64,000 nucleotides of DNA, from positions 30,972-94,971 of the IMG/VR virus record IMGVR_UViG_3300017917_001573, one strand, 5' to 3'. Position 1 is the first letter of the stretch. Each line of letters begins with the position of its first letter. The notes below the pieces were generated by a model. It was not told the DNA's origin. It ran no database searches and saw only the letters and a program-made list of their open reading frames with translations. This document shows positions 38,893-48,392 of this stretch, in pieces. Source of the stretch: a virus. Both the position numbers and the translations under genes were made by a program.

Positions 38893-39927
38893 TCATTCAT
38901 ACAAATTTAATGGAATAGAATTGTTTTGTAGTATGTAATCATATTGTTCTTTAGTATATGTATACATTTCAGTAGAAGTATGCCAATGATAATTATTGAT
39001 CATTTCTTCCCATCCTCTGTATACAAATCTATTTTCAATATTTAATTTACCACCTAGTTTAGCTCCTAATAAATCATTAAAATCTAAATGATAAGCTAAA
39101 GATTTAGATGGTTCTTTTACAGATGCTACTACAAAATAGAAGTTTTCATCTAATGTAAAATCTTTTAGTATAGAATGTGTTTCCATAAATTTAGAAAATA
39201 CATGCCTATAAAAAGAACCTTGTACATCATATCTAAACTTCAATACAGATTTTGGAAAAGCAGTTAAATAATCACCTGTTGATTTAATATCAATTAAACG
39301 TACTCTTTTAAGTGCAAAATTTACCTGACAAATATCAATTAGAATTTTTAAATAATCTCCATGTTCATCACTGTATACTTTAATAGGAACGTTATTGTAT
39401 GTAACCCAATCATCAGTGTCCGTTACAAATTGTTTAGTCCAATCATTTTCTAGTATTGACTTAGCCATTATTTCCCCAATCATTGCATCTTCCATACTAA
39501 TGATAGGTTTTTCACCTTTGTTTATAATTTGTAATAGATCATAATAATCTTGTCCATACTTACGAATAGCTTTTGCTCTAGCATCTACACCATACTTAGC
39601 TTGGTATTCATGTTCTACACCAATATCAGAAATACTTTGATCATTTGTAAAATCAACACCTCTTACAGTACATACTTCAATAATCTTTTTAATTGGATCT
39701 TTGGGTATTTTGGTTTTGTTAATAAAGAAGTTTTTCATTGTTTCTTCTCTACCATAATAAATACAATCTTCCATAAACTTACCTAGTACTAAAGGTACCG
39801 ATGGATCAGAATCATCCTTTTCTACATTTAAAGAAAAAGGAACATTTTTAAGGAGAGATTGATTTAATGCCATTTCACTTCGATAATTCTCTAAAGATAA
39901 GTTCCAATTTAAGTCTGTTTTGTTCAT
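38893..39927 (-). CDS. PD-(D/E)xK exonuclease (RecE/Cas4-like)
   Basis: LKILIDI...LIDIKST...YDVQGSFY. Confidence 0.8.
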   Translation of the reverse strand: MNKTDLNWNLSLENYRSEMALNQSLLKNVPFSLNVEKDDSDPSVPLVLGKFMEDCIYYGREETMKNFFINKTKIPKDPIKKIIEVCTVRGVDFTNDQSISDIGVEHEYQAKYGVDARAKAIRKYGQDYYDLLQIINKGEKPIISMEDAMIGEIMAKSILENDWTKQFVTDTDDWVTYNNVPIKVYSDEHGDYLKILIDICQVNFALKRVRLIDIKSTGDYLTAFPKSVLKFRYDVQGSFYRHVFSKFMETHSILKDFTLDENFYFVVASVKEPSKSLAYHLDFNDLLGAKLGGKLNIENRFVYRGWEEMINNYHWHTSTEMYTYTKEQYDYILQNNSIPLNLYE

Positions 39928-40327
39928 CTAATTCTTCTTTTAATTTGTCAAAAGCTTTTGCTTTGACGGATTTAATATGTAATTGTTCAATCAACTTTAA
40001 AAAATCATCGTAAAGCAAAATACTATATTTACCTTTTGTTGCATAACCATGAATCATTTGTTCAGTGTTTTTGTATACAACAACTCTGATGCTACCATCG
40101 TTTAAAATTTCATTCAATATTTTTTTATAATCAACAGGTTTAGATGTTACTTTACATTGTACTCTAAACAAATCATTTGTAAGATCTGATTTATTTACAT
40201 GATTCTCAATTTCATCTTGAATTAATTCAATACCCAATCTTGAAAAATCATATTTAACTTCATCTTCAAATAATTTACCTACCATATTTCCCGTTGTTTC
40301 ACTATTTAATTTTTGTTCATTATCCAT
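39875..40327 (-). CDS. Putative PD-(D/E)xK-fold endonuclease / resolvase
   Basis: GKLFEDEV...SDL....RVQCK. Confidence 0.5.
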   Translation of the reverse strand: MDNEQKLNSETTGNMVGKLFEDEVKYDFSRLGIELIQDEIENHVNKSDLTNDLFRVQCKVTSKPVDYKKILNEILNDGSIRVVVYKNTEQMIHGYATKGKYSILLYDDFLKLIEQLHIKSVKAKAFDKLKEELDEQNRLKLELIFRELSK

Positions 40328-40334
40328 ACTTTAT

Positions 40335-40748
40335 TTATAATACCGTAATATATACACCTGTATTTTCTTTGTCTACATGTTCACCAAGAAATACAGGTAT
40401 ACACACTTTTGTGTTGTCATCTTCTAACCAACCATACTCAACCATTAAATCAAATGGTAATTGAACAATGTTATGAAAGTCCCATCTACGTCTAGAATCT
40501 CTAACTAAATAAAAACCTATTTTATAAGGTTTTCTTTTCCCTTTTTGCATACTAAGAAATTTGTTTTTTAATTCTTCGTTTGTAAAATATTTTTTAGTTA
40601 GCAATTTATATTTCTGAACTAATGGTGAAGAGATTAATATTTCTCCAGTCCATTGTTTTCCATTCTTTGAGGAAGCTGTATTAGTTGGTATGAAAACACA
40701 ACTTTCTAAACTCACTGTCTTGTTAATATTAATTTTAATTGTATTCAT
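40335..40748 (-). CDS. RusA-like Holliday junction resolvase
   Basis: SSKN, RRRWDFHN....FDLM...GWLEDDN. Confidence 0.65.
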   Translation of the reverse strand: MNTIKININKTVSLESCVFIPTNTASSKNGKQWTGEILISSPLVQKYKLLTKKYFTNEELKNKFLSMQKGKRKPYKIGFYLVRDSRRRWDFHNIVQLPFDLMVEYGWLEDDNTKVCIPVFLGEHVDKENTGVYITVL

Positions 40749-40752
40749 ACAT

Positions 40753-40760
40753 CAAAATTA
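40753..40760 (-). promoter_or_regulatory. Possible -7 promoter box
   Basis: TAATTTTG on the minus strand in a 29-bp gap, 4 nt before ATG 40748. Confidence 0.35.
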
Positions 40761-40777
40761 CAACAAGACTTTCTTAC

Positions 40778-41365
40778 CTACAAGTTATATAAATTTTTAA
40801 CTTGTAACCATACGATTGCTTGTAACTCAGAAGGTAATAAATTCACCTTTTTAGCTACATTTTTATATACAGAAGAAAATTGATTGTATTCTTTGATACT
40901 TAACCTACCATCTGTTTTGCGTTCTAAATCTAGAATTGCAGCTCTGATGGCATGTGTATCAATGGTTACATAGTTTTCATTGTTTGGATATTTTATGTTC
41001 CAATAAAAGTTTTGTGTTTTTGGACCATTTAATATTTCAACAATTCTTTTACCATCTTCTGTACTAAGAATCCTTTTTATTTTATCCAACATAGGTTCTG
41101 TTGCTCCAACTGATCCATGCAATAAATACTGTTTAACTCTACGTTTATTTAATTCCCATTCACATCTTGGAGATAACGCTGATGTTATACCAATAATTTG
41201 ATTGTGTGTAAGCATAAACTCACAAGCTAATTCAAATGTATAATCATGTGCAGTTGGATACCACATTTTACCTTGTTCTATAATATCTCTCGATGCTTGT
41301 GCATATAAAGAAAGAATATTGTTTTGTAATACAATTTCGTCATAATGTTGTTTTTCGTATATCAT
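40778..41365 (-). CDS. Helix-hairpin-helix DNA glycosylase-like protein
   Basis: ALSP..W, NGPKT (HhH-like Lys), VTIDTHA (cf. EndoIII VDTH), ELQAIVW. Confidence 0.5.
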   Translation of the reverse strand: MIYEKQHYDEIVLQNNILSLYAQASRDIIEQGKMWYPTAHDYTFELACEFMLTHNQIIGITSALSPRCEWELNKRRVKQYLLHGSVGATEPMLDKIKRILSTEDGKRIVEILNGPKTQNFYWNIKYPNNENYVTIDTHAIRAAILDLERKTDGRLSIKEYNQFSSVYKNVAKKVNLLPSELQAIVWLQVKNLYNL

Positions 41366-41368
41366 TTG

Positions 41369-41614
41369 TTAATGCATTTTTTTAACTGTTTCTATGAGAT
41401 TTAGTAACATTTTTTCTTTTGATGAACAAGGTATATTATCGTATGACACTTTTACAATTCTATTATTATATTTAGTTACATAATATTTGCAACCATTTAC
41501 TGAATCAAAATATTGTATCCTATTGCCAGTATACTTGTAAAACACACCATACCATAAACGATTTGCATAAGCAATTGCAATTAAATCTCCTTTTTTAAAA
41601 TCGGTAATTTCCAT
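41369..41614 (-). CDS. Hypothetical protein
   Basis: 81 aa, tiles the operon. Confidence 0.6.
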   Translation of the reverse strand: MEITDFKKGDLIAIAYANRLWYGVFYKYTGNRIQYFDSVNGCKYYVTKYNNRIVKVSYDNIPCSSKEKMLLNLIETVKKMH

Positions 41615-41630
41615 TTATTCATTTAAATTA

Positions 41631-41658
41631 AAAAGAGGGATAATATTATCCCTCTTTT
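41631..41658. terminator. Perfect 28-bp palindrome / intrinsic terminator after rIIB
   Basis: aaaagagggataatattatccctctttt equals its own reverse complement. Confidence 0.8.
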
Positions 41659-41679
41659 GTTAAACACGCATTTAAATTA

Positions 41680-42888
41680 TTAACAAGACACAACTACTCT
41701 TTTTTCCAAAGATACTTTTGCGCTATTCAACATCTCTTTTACAGATTTAATTTGATTAACTGTATATTCTTCTGGTACAAAACCATCTCTTTCAGTAGAA
41801 TATAGTTTTTCAGAAATCATCTGTTCCATTTCTTCTACTACATTGTTGAAATGTTCATCATCCAATACTTCCAAAGATTTTTCTTTGTATCCTTCATATT
41901 CTTCTTGAGACAATTCTTTCACGATATAAATAGAAGTCGATCTAATTTTTTGTGCGCCATCTTCTGGTACAGAAAGAACATCATATGGATTAACTAGACA
42001 CAATAGATTAGTATCACCATAAGAGAATGATTTTTTATTATAAGACCATGCTGCTGAGTGAATACCTTTGGAACAAGTATTTCTAGAATTAGTATCACAA
42101 TATTCTTTTGGAATACGTGTTGTTTTACCTACTTGATAATACATATTATCTGTATATTGTGTACCATCCAAATACCAAACGTGTTTAGAATGATGTGCAG
42201 CTTTATACCATACTTCTGATGTAGATACTTTCACTTCTTCTTTAGTATTATATTTTGTATACAACTCTGCAAGATTACCTACTGCCCCTAAACTTCTAGA
42301 ACTTACTTTAAATGTATTACCGTCTGTATGTACATAAAAGTTTTGCGGATTTTTATGCCATTGTTTTCTAACCATTCTATACAAATCTTCGTATGGATTA
42401 GCTACATCAACTAATTCAGTTGTGGTTTTCTGTTCTTTGTAACCTTGACGTAATGTTACAATCAATCCATTTTTAGAAAGTACAAAACCTGTATTTTCTA
42501 AAAAAGCACACAATTCATTTCTTACACGAATATTTGGATTCAATACTAGAAGTTTCCAAAAGTTTTCTACTGATTGTTTGTATTCATCGGAACCATTGGT
42601 CCAAGCATTTACAATAGCTTTTGGTACAGGTACATCAATACCTTTCATATACAACAAATTGTCGATGATTTCAAAACAACTATCTTCTGTAGATACACTA
42701 TTGACTAATTTTTTATCAGAACCTTTTGGAAGATTTACTTGATTAATTAGAGCAATTGCATCATCAATTTTATTTTCTAAAATAAGACTTTTTACAGCTT
42801 CAATATTTTGATTGGTAACATATGTTACACCATCTACAATAAGCGTTAAACTGTTTGGTCTAGCAATAAATTTAAAAGTTTGTTCCAT
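41680..42888 (-). CDS. rIIB: rIIB-like protein
   Basis: FWKLLVLNPN, CDTNSRNTCSKGIH, VNPYDVLSVP..KIR; adjacent to rIIA. Confidence 0.85.
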   Translation of the reverse strand: MEQTFKFIARPNSLTLIVDGVTYVTNQNIEAVKSLILENKIDDAIALINQVNLPKGSDKKLVNSVSTEDSCFEIIDNLLYMKGIDVPVPKAIVNAWTNGSDEYKQSVENFWKLLVLNPNIRVRNELCAFLENTGFVLSKNGLIVTLRQGYKEQKTTTELVDVANPYEDLYRMVRKQWHKNPQNFYVHTDGNTFKVSSRSLGAVGNLAELYTKYNTKEEVKVSTSEVWYKAAHHSKHVWYLDGTQYTDNMYYQVGKTTRIPKEYCDTNSRNTCSKGIHSAAWSYNKKSFSYGDTNLLCLVNPYDVLSVPEDGAQKIRSTSIYIVKELSQEEYEGYKEKSLEVLDDEHFNNVVEEMEQMISEKLYSTERDGFVPEEYTVNQIKSVKEMLNSAKVSLEKRVVVSC

Positions 42889-42909
42889 TTTATTTATTTA
42901 ATTTTTGTT

Positions 42910-45324
42910 TTACTGATTTTGTTGATAATAGTCGTAAATCTTATCAATATAAGATGTTACATATTCTTTTGGTTTTACTTGAAATATGTTTTTTAAGCGT
43001 ATACTAAAACTACCTGATAGGAAATCATAATCTGTATATACAGAAATACCTAATTCTTTTATTTTATTGAATAACTCTAGTTTGAGAGTATTTTCATCAA
43101 TGTAATAATTATCGCTTGCTTTTTCATCAATCTTTTTATCATACTCTAACGCTAATTCATTTAATACATCCAAATGTTTTGCTAAAATATGTTCTTTTTG
43201 ATGTTTATGTTTTACAATTTTGCAATTAGGGAATACGTTTTTAATACGTTTTATTTCAGTAGTTTTATCTACCGATTTTTCAAATGGTAAATCAATATTA
43301 AACTTTCCAGAATATATGTTACATAGTCTTTCAATATCATCTTCTTGTACACCTTCATATACATATTCATCAACGTGATATGATTTAAAGTATCTAGGAA
43401 TGATTGAAATAAATTTATCCAATGTAATACAATTCTGATAATTTTCCAAGATATATTTCTTCAACTTAGTTGAACATAAAATCACTTCAAACAAATCATA
43501 TTTTCCGTAGTATTTTTTAAAAAGAATATATTGATTGTACGGATCAAATATTTTAGAAATATTGGTTATACCATTTCTGTATACAAAAGATTTTTTAGAA
43601 TATAAACTTTGAGAATCATCTCTATCTAAAATAATGAATTTCTTTATAGAGTTTTGATCTGTAATTTTATCGTATATATCAGAAAATTTACTGTATTTTA
43701 AATTCTTGTAAAAGCGAGTTCCAATTGACATACCTGTAACTTTGTAATCACCCCAAGTTTTTTTTACACTTTCTGATTTTGCTTTACGTTCTTTATCACT
43801 ACTTCTCTCTGGTTTAGTAGGTTCTATATCATCCAAATAAATAGAATTACTTTCAATTTGTTTATACCACCATTCTAAATATTCAAAGAAGTGTTTAATA
43901 AACAATTTTCTGTTAGTGCATGTTTTAGCATACGACACATCTTGATTATCTATTTTTTTAAGTATAAACTTGATAAGTTTCTTTTTCTTAGTATTAGACA
44001 ATACAAAATTGGATTTATCTATGATATATTGAAATTTAACATCATTGTTTTCTAGTGTTTTGATTTTATTTCTTTTATAATCATCAAATAAAACCACTTT
44101 ATCTGTAAAGTTAATACTATTGATTATATCCTCAAGTGAAAGATATGCAGATGTAACTCTTTGTTGATGAGCTAAATAGTTTTTACAATTACTAAAAAAC
44201 TTTTCTGCGTATATACGAGATGAAATAAATGCATCAAATAATCTTTCGCTTGCTCCAAAATCGGTAATATATGGTTTTAAAACATTGTTATCAATAATAG
44301 AAGAACAGTTAAATGTTACTTGTGATCCATCAAAATGACTAAGTTTGTACTGATAGTTGATACCAACTTTTACAAAATCAGAAATATGTGTAATAGCTTT
44401 ATTGTTTTCAATTAGTTGATCTGTAAGTTCTTGTTTGAATCGTTCTAACTTTTCTTCAAAAGCATTAACGCTTTTTTCATCCCAAATAATTTGCTCTCTG
44501 TTTGGTACAACACTTAATTCGCCAATTTCAAATCTCAAACAAATATTAGGAGACATATTATACAAATTATGTTTTCTAATTAAATCATCTGAAATAGGGT
44601 ATCTTACTGGACCTAACAACAATCCCATTTTATGAAATCTTGTATAGTTCTGATCAATATAAGAAAACGTCTTTTGTTTAAAAATAGTAAAGTTATTTTC
44701 TAAAAAGTCATAATACAGATTTTCAAAGAAACAGGTTTGTGCAAATGTTTTAGTTTTAAAGTTGTCTTTGTCTGAATGTTTAATTGGAATTCTGATTTCA
44801 ATACCTGTTTTAGAATCTTCTTTAAACTCTTCTGTATGCAACATATCTCTTTTCAATTCACTGGTCATAGGATCTACATACAAGATATATTTTGTAATAG
44901 TACCTTCGTAGTATGAATCTATGAAGAATTCTTCTGTATAAGAAAATGCAGATTTCATACCAATACCAAAACCACCAATCAAATCATTACTATTTCTTTT
45001 TGAACTAGACAATAAGTTTGTATACAACTCAATGTCTGATTGACACAAACCTTTACCATAATCTCTTACACAATAATATAATCCTGATTCTGATTCATCA
45101 AAATAAACCATAATAGGTTCAGTAGAATTATTTTCTTTATTTGCATCTGCTGCATTCGAAATATATTCTCTACAAATAGATCCAATAGGATCAGAATACA
45201 AATTCTTGGTCATCATTCTAACCATCATTTGCATACTCTGAGCATCGTTAACAATACCAATTGTTGATCCACCTAAACCTTGTGCTACCGCACCTTGTTG
45301 TTTTTGTTCATGTTGTATAATCAT
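42910..45324 (-). CDS. rIIA: rIIA-like protein with GHKL (Hsp90-like) ATPase domain
   Basis: LYSDP...REYISNAADA, RDYGKGL, IGGFGIGMKSAFSY, PNREQI. Confidence 0.85.
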   Translation of the reverse strand: MIIQHEQKQQGAVAQGLGGSTIGIVNDAQSMQMMVRMMTKNLYSDPIGSICREYISNAADANKENNSTEPIMVYFDESESGLYYCVRDYGKGLCQSDIELYTNLLSSSKRNSNDLIGGFGIGMKSAFSYTEEFFIDSYYEGTITKYILYVDPMTSELKRDMLHTEEFKEDSKTGIEIRIPIKHSDKDNFKTKTFAQTCFFENLYYDFLENNFTIFKQKTFSYIDQNYTRFHKMGLLLGPVRYPISDDLIRKHNLYNMSPNICLRFEIGELSVVPNREQIIWDEKSVNAFEEKLERFKQELTDQLIENNKAITHISDFVKVGINYQYKLSHFDGSQVTFNCSSIIDNNVLKPYITDFGASERLFDAFISSRIYAEKFFSNCKNYLAHQQRVTSAYLSLEDIINSINFTDKVVLFDDYKRNKIKTLENNDVKFQYIIDKSNFVLSNTKKKKLIKFILKKIDNQDVSYAKTCTNRKLFIKHFFEYLEWWYKQIESNSIYLDDIEPTKPERSSDKERKAKSESVKKTWGDYKVTGMSIGTRFYKNLKYSKFSDIYDKITDQNSIKKFIILDRDDSQSLYSKKSFVYRNGITNISKIFDPYNQYILFKKYYGKYDLFEVILCSTKLKKYILENYQNCITLDKFISIIPRYFKSYHVDEYVYEGVQEDDIERLCNIYSGKFNIDLPFEKSVDKTTEIKRIKNVFPNCKIVKHKHQKEHILAKHLDVLNELALEYDKKIDEKASDNYYIDENTLKLELFNKIKELGISVYTDYDFLSGSFSIRLKNIFQVKPKEYVTSYIDKIYDYYQQNQ

Positions 45325-45623
45325 ATATTTTTATCTCTTTCTAATTTTAATTTTTCTTTCAATTGTTTACTTAAAATTCCAAATTCTTTGTATTGATCCA
45401 AATCCCATCTTTGTATATCTATAATATCATCAAGTATACATATCACTTGTTGTAATTGCTCTTTTTCATATGTCGTAAGCATTTTGGAATATATAAGTGA
45501 ATTTATACAAGTTCGTATGTAACCAATTTGTCTACTTCTTCTATAGTTTCTTTGTCTACAAAGAGACTGTTTATCAGAAGGGACTGGATTCGTCTTCCAA
45601 ATAACATTCGGCATTATGTTCAT
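45321..45623 (-). CDS. Hypothetical protein
   Basis: About 100 aa, ATGA-coupled to rIIA; start uncertain. Confidence 0.55.
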   Translation of the reverse strand: MNIMPNVIWKTNPVPSDKQSLCRQRNYRRSRQIGYIRTCINSLIYSKMLTTYEKEQLQQVICILDDIIDIQRWDLDQYKEFGILSKQLKEKLKLERDKNI

Positions 45624-46638
45624 TTCCTATAATTTTTTCTAGTTTAGATTCTATTAAATCAGAGAGTTCTTGTAATCCATATTTTTCACTATAATCAGAT
45701 GGGTCTTTAGGTTCTGTTTTAGGATTGTTTATATAATACCATCCTGTAAGTTGAGTTAACTTAATAGATGCTTTTACACCAGCTTCATCATTATCTGTAT
45801 ATACTACAATGTATTTAAACCTTGATGATAGTTCATCTTTTAATTCTAGTATAGAAGTGTATGAATTTTCTGATGTAGGTGATATACAATCATACCCTAA
45901 TTCTTCAAGAACCATAATATCCTTTTTTGATTTAGTGATTATAAGGACATTTCCATAAGCTGGAATATTGTTGTAATTCTCTATTACACCATATGGATAA
46001 TTGTTTCTGAATTTATCATCACTTTTTGTATATGGTCTGTACAATTTATGGTATTCTTTACCTTTGTATTTTTCTGTATATACAAAACAAGGATTTAATT
46101 TATTGTACTGATATTCAATAGTAATCTGTTTACCTTTTTGTTTAAATATTTTCTGAGCTTGTTTGACATGCTTTTCCATAGTATTTAATCCAATATTGTA
46201 TTTAGAATAAAATGTTGGATCCAATGGTCTATACTCAATAATGTATGAAACATCATGTTTTACTTTCTGTCTTTTGGAGATCTTGTCAAAGTCATGTTTT
46301 ATATTAGTAGTATCTATGTTATTGAGTTCATCTAAATCTAAAGAGGTAGGTCTTTTAATTAGACCCAATTCAAATTTAGAGTTAATCATTTCATATACTT
46401 CCTGATAGGATATGTCATATAGTATACTAAAAAATTTAAATACATCTCCTGAATTACCATCTCCGAAATCTTTGTACATAATTTCTGCATCATCATTCTC
46501 AAAGAAAGCAAATGAAGGTTTGTTATCATCTCTAAATGGAGAATGAATTGCATAATCTAATGTAAAGTCTTCAAACAATTCTTCAAAAATATCGTAACTG
46601 TGAATTCTACTTAAAATAGAATCTTTTCCTAAATACAT
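45574..46638 (-). CDS. DnaG-type DNA primase (crAss-like)
   Basis: Degenerate Zn-finger SPFRDDNKPSF..YKDFG; TOPRIM IITKSKKD, DNDEAG, KDPSD. Confidence 0.85.
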   Translation of the reverse strand: MYLGKDSILSRIHSYDIFEELFEDFTLDYAIHSPFRDDNKPSFAFFENDDAEIMYKDFGDGNSGDVFKFFSILYDISYQEVYEMINSKFELGLIKRPTSLDLDELNNIDTTNIKHDFDKISKRQKVKHDVSYIIEYRPLDPTFYSKYNIGLNTMEKHVKQAQKIFKQKGKQITIEYQYNKLNPCFVYTEKYKGKEYHKLYRPYTKSDDKFRNNYPYGVIENYNNIPAYGNVLIITKSKKDIMVLEELGYDCISPTSENSYTSILELKDELSSRFKYIVVYTDNDEAGVKASIKLTQLTGWYYINNPKTEPKDPSDYSEKYGLQELSDLIESKLEKIIGNEHNAECYLEDESSPF

Positions 46639-46652
46639 ATGTACAAATAAAA

Positions 46653-46676
46653 AAGAGGGTGAGAAATCACCCTCTT
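46653..46676 (-). terminator. Intrinsic terminator after the SSB gene
   Basis: aagagggtga-gaaa-tcaccctctt, with a T-tract on the minus strand. Confidence 0.8.
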
Positions 46677-46698
46677 AATCTAACGAATTAATTAACTA

Positions 46699-47622
46699 TT
46701 AACCAAAGAAACTAGCTGTTACTTCTGGTGCTGGAGTATGTGTATTTGCAGCTTGGGTAGCTTGTTTCATCATATACGCATCATCAAATTTCTTGATTAG
46801 TGTAGAATCTTGGAAACAATTTCTATCACCCCAGTTGTATGTAATACTATCAGCATCCTTAACAACAGCTTCTCTTTCAATTTGTCTATATTGAGAAACA
46901 GTTGCATCAATGTTTAGGAATTTCTTCATAAACAAAGAATAGTATTGTTTACCTTCATCTGTTGTACGTACACCAGTTAGAACTTTTACACCACCTGCTT
47001 TACCAGCAGCAGTACTGAAAATCTTTTGGAATTGTTCAATACCTTCTGTACTAAGTGTAACCAATTTATCAAAATATGGTTTAAAGTCTACTGAATTACC
47101 TTTACCATCAGCTTTCCATGCTACATCAAGATTTAGGTAATTAAGTACAAAACTATATACATCATATTCTCCTTCTCGTGCAATTCTAGCACCATTTTCA
47201 GAGAAATAACGTGTACCAGTTTTTTTACCTACTGCTTCAACTTGTGTTTGTACATCAACATTGTACATAGATTGACCATGATTGTTGATGATTTTATATT
47301 TACCACTACCTGAAACATCTTCACGAGTAGAAAGGTTAAATGTCATTGGTACAATAAATTGTGGTACATCATTTCCTTCTGTATCTTGACACGGTTGTGA
47401 TTGCAAATAAATTACCAATTTGTTGTACATTTTATCTCCTACTTTTTGATTTACATAGTTAGGTGCAGACACACCATCGTAATTCAAAAGTGTTTTGAGT
47501 TGTTCATGATTAGGATTGATAGCTACTACACGGTAAGGAATAACACCTGTATATTTTACTGATTCATAAACTTTCTTTTTATTCTCATCTGATACATTAA
47601 AGAGATCAATATTATTTGACAT
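46699..47622 (-). CDS. Putative single-stranded DNA-binding protein (crAss-like)
   Basis: YTG....VVAINP motif, flexible tail ending FFG, lies between the AAA ATPase and the primase. Confidence 0.55.
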   Translation of the reverse strand: MSNNIDLFNVSDENKKKVYESVKYTGVIPYRVVAINPNHEQLKTLLNYDGVSAPNYVNQKVGDKMYNKLVIYLQSQPCQDTEGNDVPQFIVPMTFNLSTREDVSGSGKYKIINNHGQSMYNVDVQTQVEAVGKKTGTRYFSENGARIAREGEYDVYSFVLNYLNLDVAWKADGKGNSVDFKPYFDKLVTLSTEGIEQFQKIFSTAAGKAGGVKVLTGVRTTDEGKQYYSLFMKKFLNIDATVSQYRQIEREAVVKDADSITYNWGDRNCFQDSTLIKKFDDAYMMKQATQAANTHTPAPEVTASFFG

Positions 47623-47682
47623 AATTTTATTTTTTAAATTGTTTTACGATATTTTGTTTTTACTGTTTATTTCTGATTTCAA

Positions 47683-48351
47683 TTAAGAATAATATTCTTC
47701 CATTGCTTTGAATACAAGAGACAAATCATTTGGGATAGTGTTTGTTTCAAACATACCTTTTGGAGATTTGGCTGGAAACTTATCTAAACGATTTGTAATG
47801 AATTCATAAATGTTTTCACCTTTATCATTTTGTGTAACTCTTGTATACAAACAAGTAGTAAACAAACCTTCAAGGTTAATTGTATTGTCAACCATTTGAC
47901 CAATAGTTTTCATTTTATATTCTGAAATTGCACCATTGTCCATTACTGGTTCTGAATGTGATAGATATACAATATTCAAATCTGGTCTAAATGAAGTTGC
48001 TGCATTGAAGATTTTAAACATATTGCCTGCAATTTCAGAAAATTTATTGTAACCATTTTCTTTTGCACGGTTCATATACTCAATACTCATTACATACTGA
48101 GTATCATCAATGATTACATTTTTGATATGTAATGCTTTGTCATTGATTTCTTTTAGCATTGCTTCGATAGTAGGTGCAGATTTAGTTTCAAGATAATTCT
48201 TTTTTGTTGAATTATAAATTGATTTTGAACCTTTCCACGGTAGAGGTTTACCTACTACGTTAATGATAAATGTTTCGTCTGGATTCAATGATTCACATGA
48301 GGTAGATTTACCTGATCCAGATGGTCCAATAATACCAATAAGATTTGCCAT
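47683..48351 (-). CDS. AAA/RecA-like ATPase (Sak4/AAA_24-like)
   Basis: GPSGSGKST, IIDDTQY, KTIGQMVD..EGLF, AKSPKGMF. Confidence 0.85.
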   Translation of the reverse strand: MANLIGIIGPSGSGKSTSCESLNPDETFIINVVGKPLPWKGSKSIYNSTKKNYLETKSAPTIEAMLKEINDKALHIKNVIIDDTQYVMSIEYMNRAKENGYNKFSEIAGNMFKIFNAATSFRPDLNIVYLSHSEPVMDNGAISEYKMKTIGQMVDNTINLEGLFTTCLYTRVTQNDKGENIYEFITNRLDKFPAKSPKGMFETNTIPNDLSLVFKAMEEYYS

Positions 48352-48392
48352 TTTTTTTTATTTATTTAAGTTTACTTTTATTTTTCTTCTTA

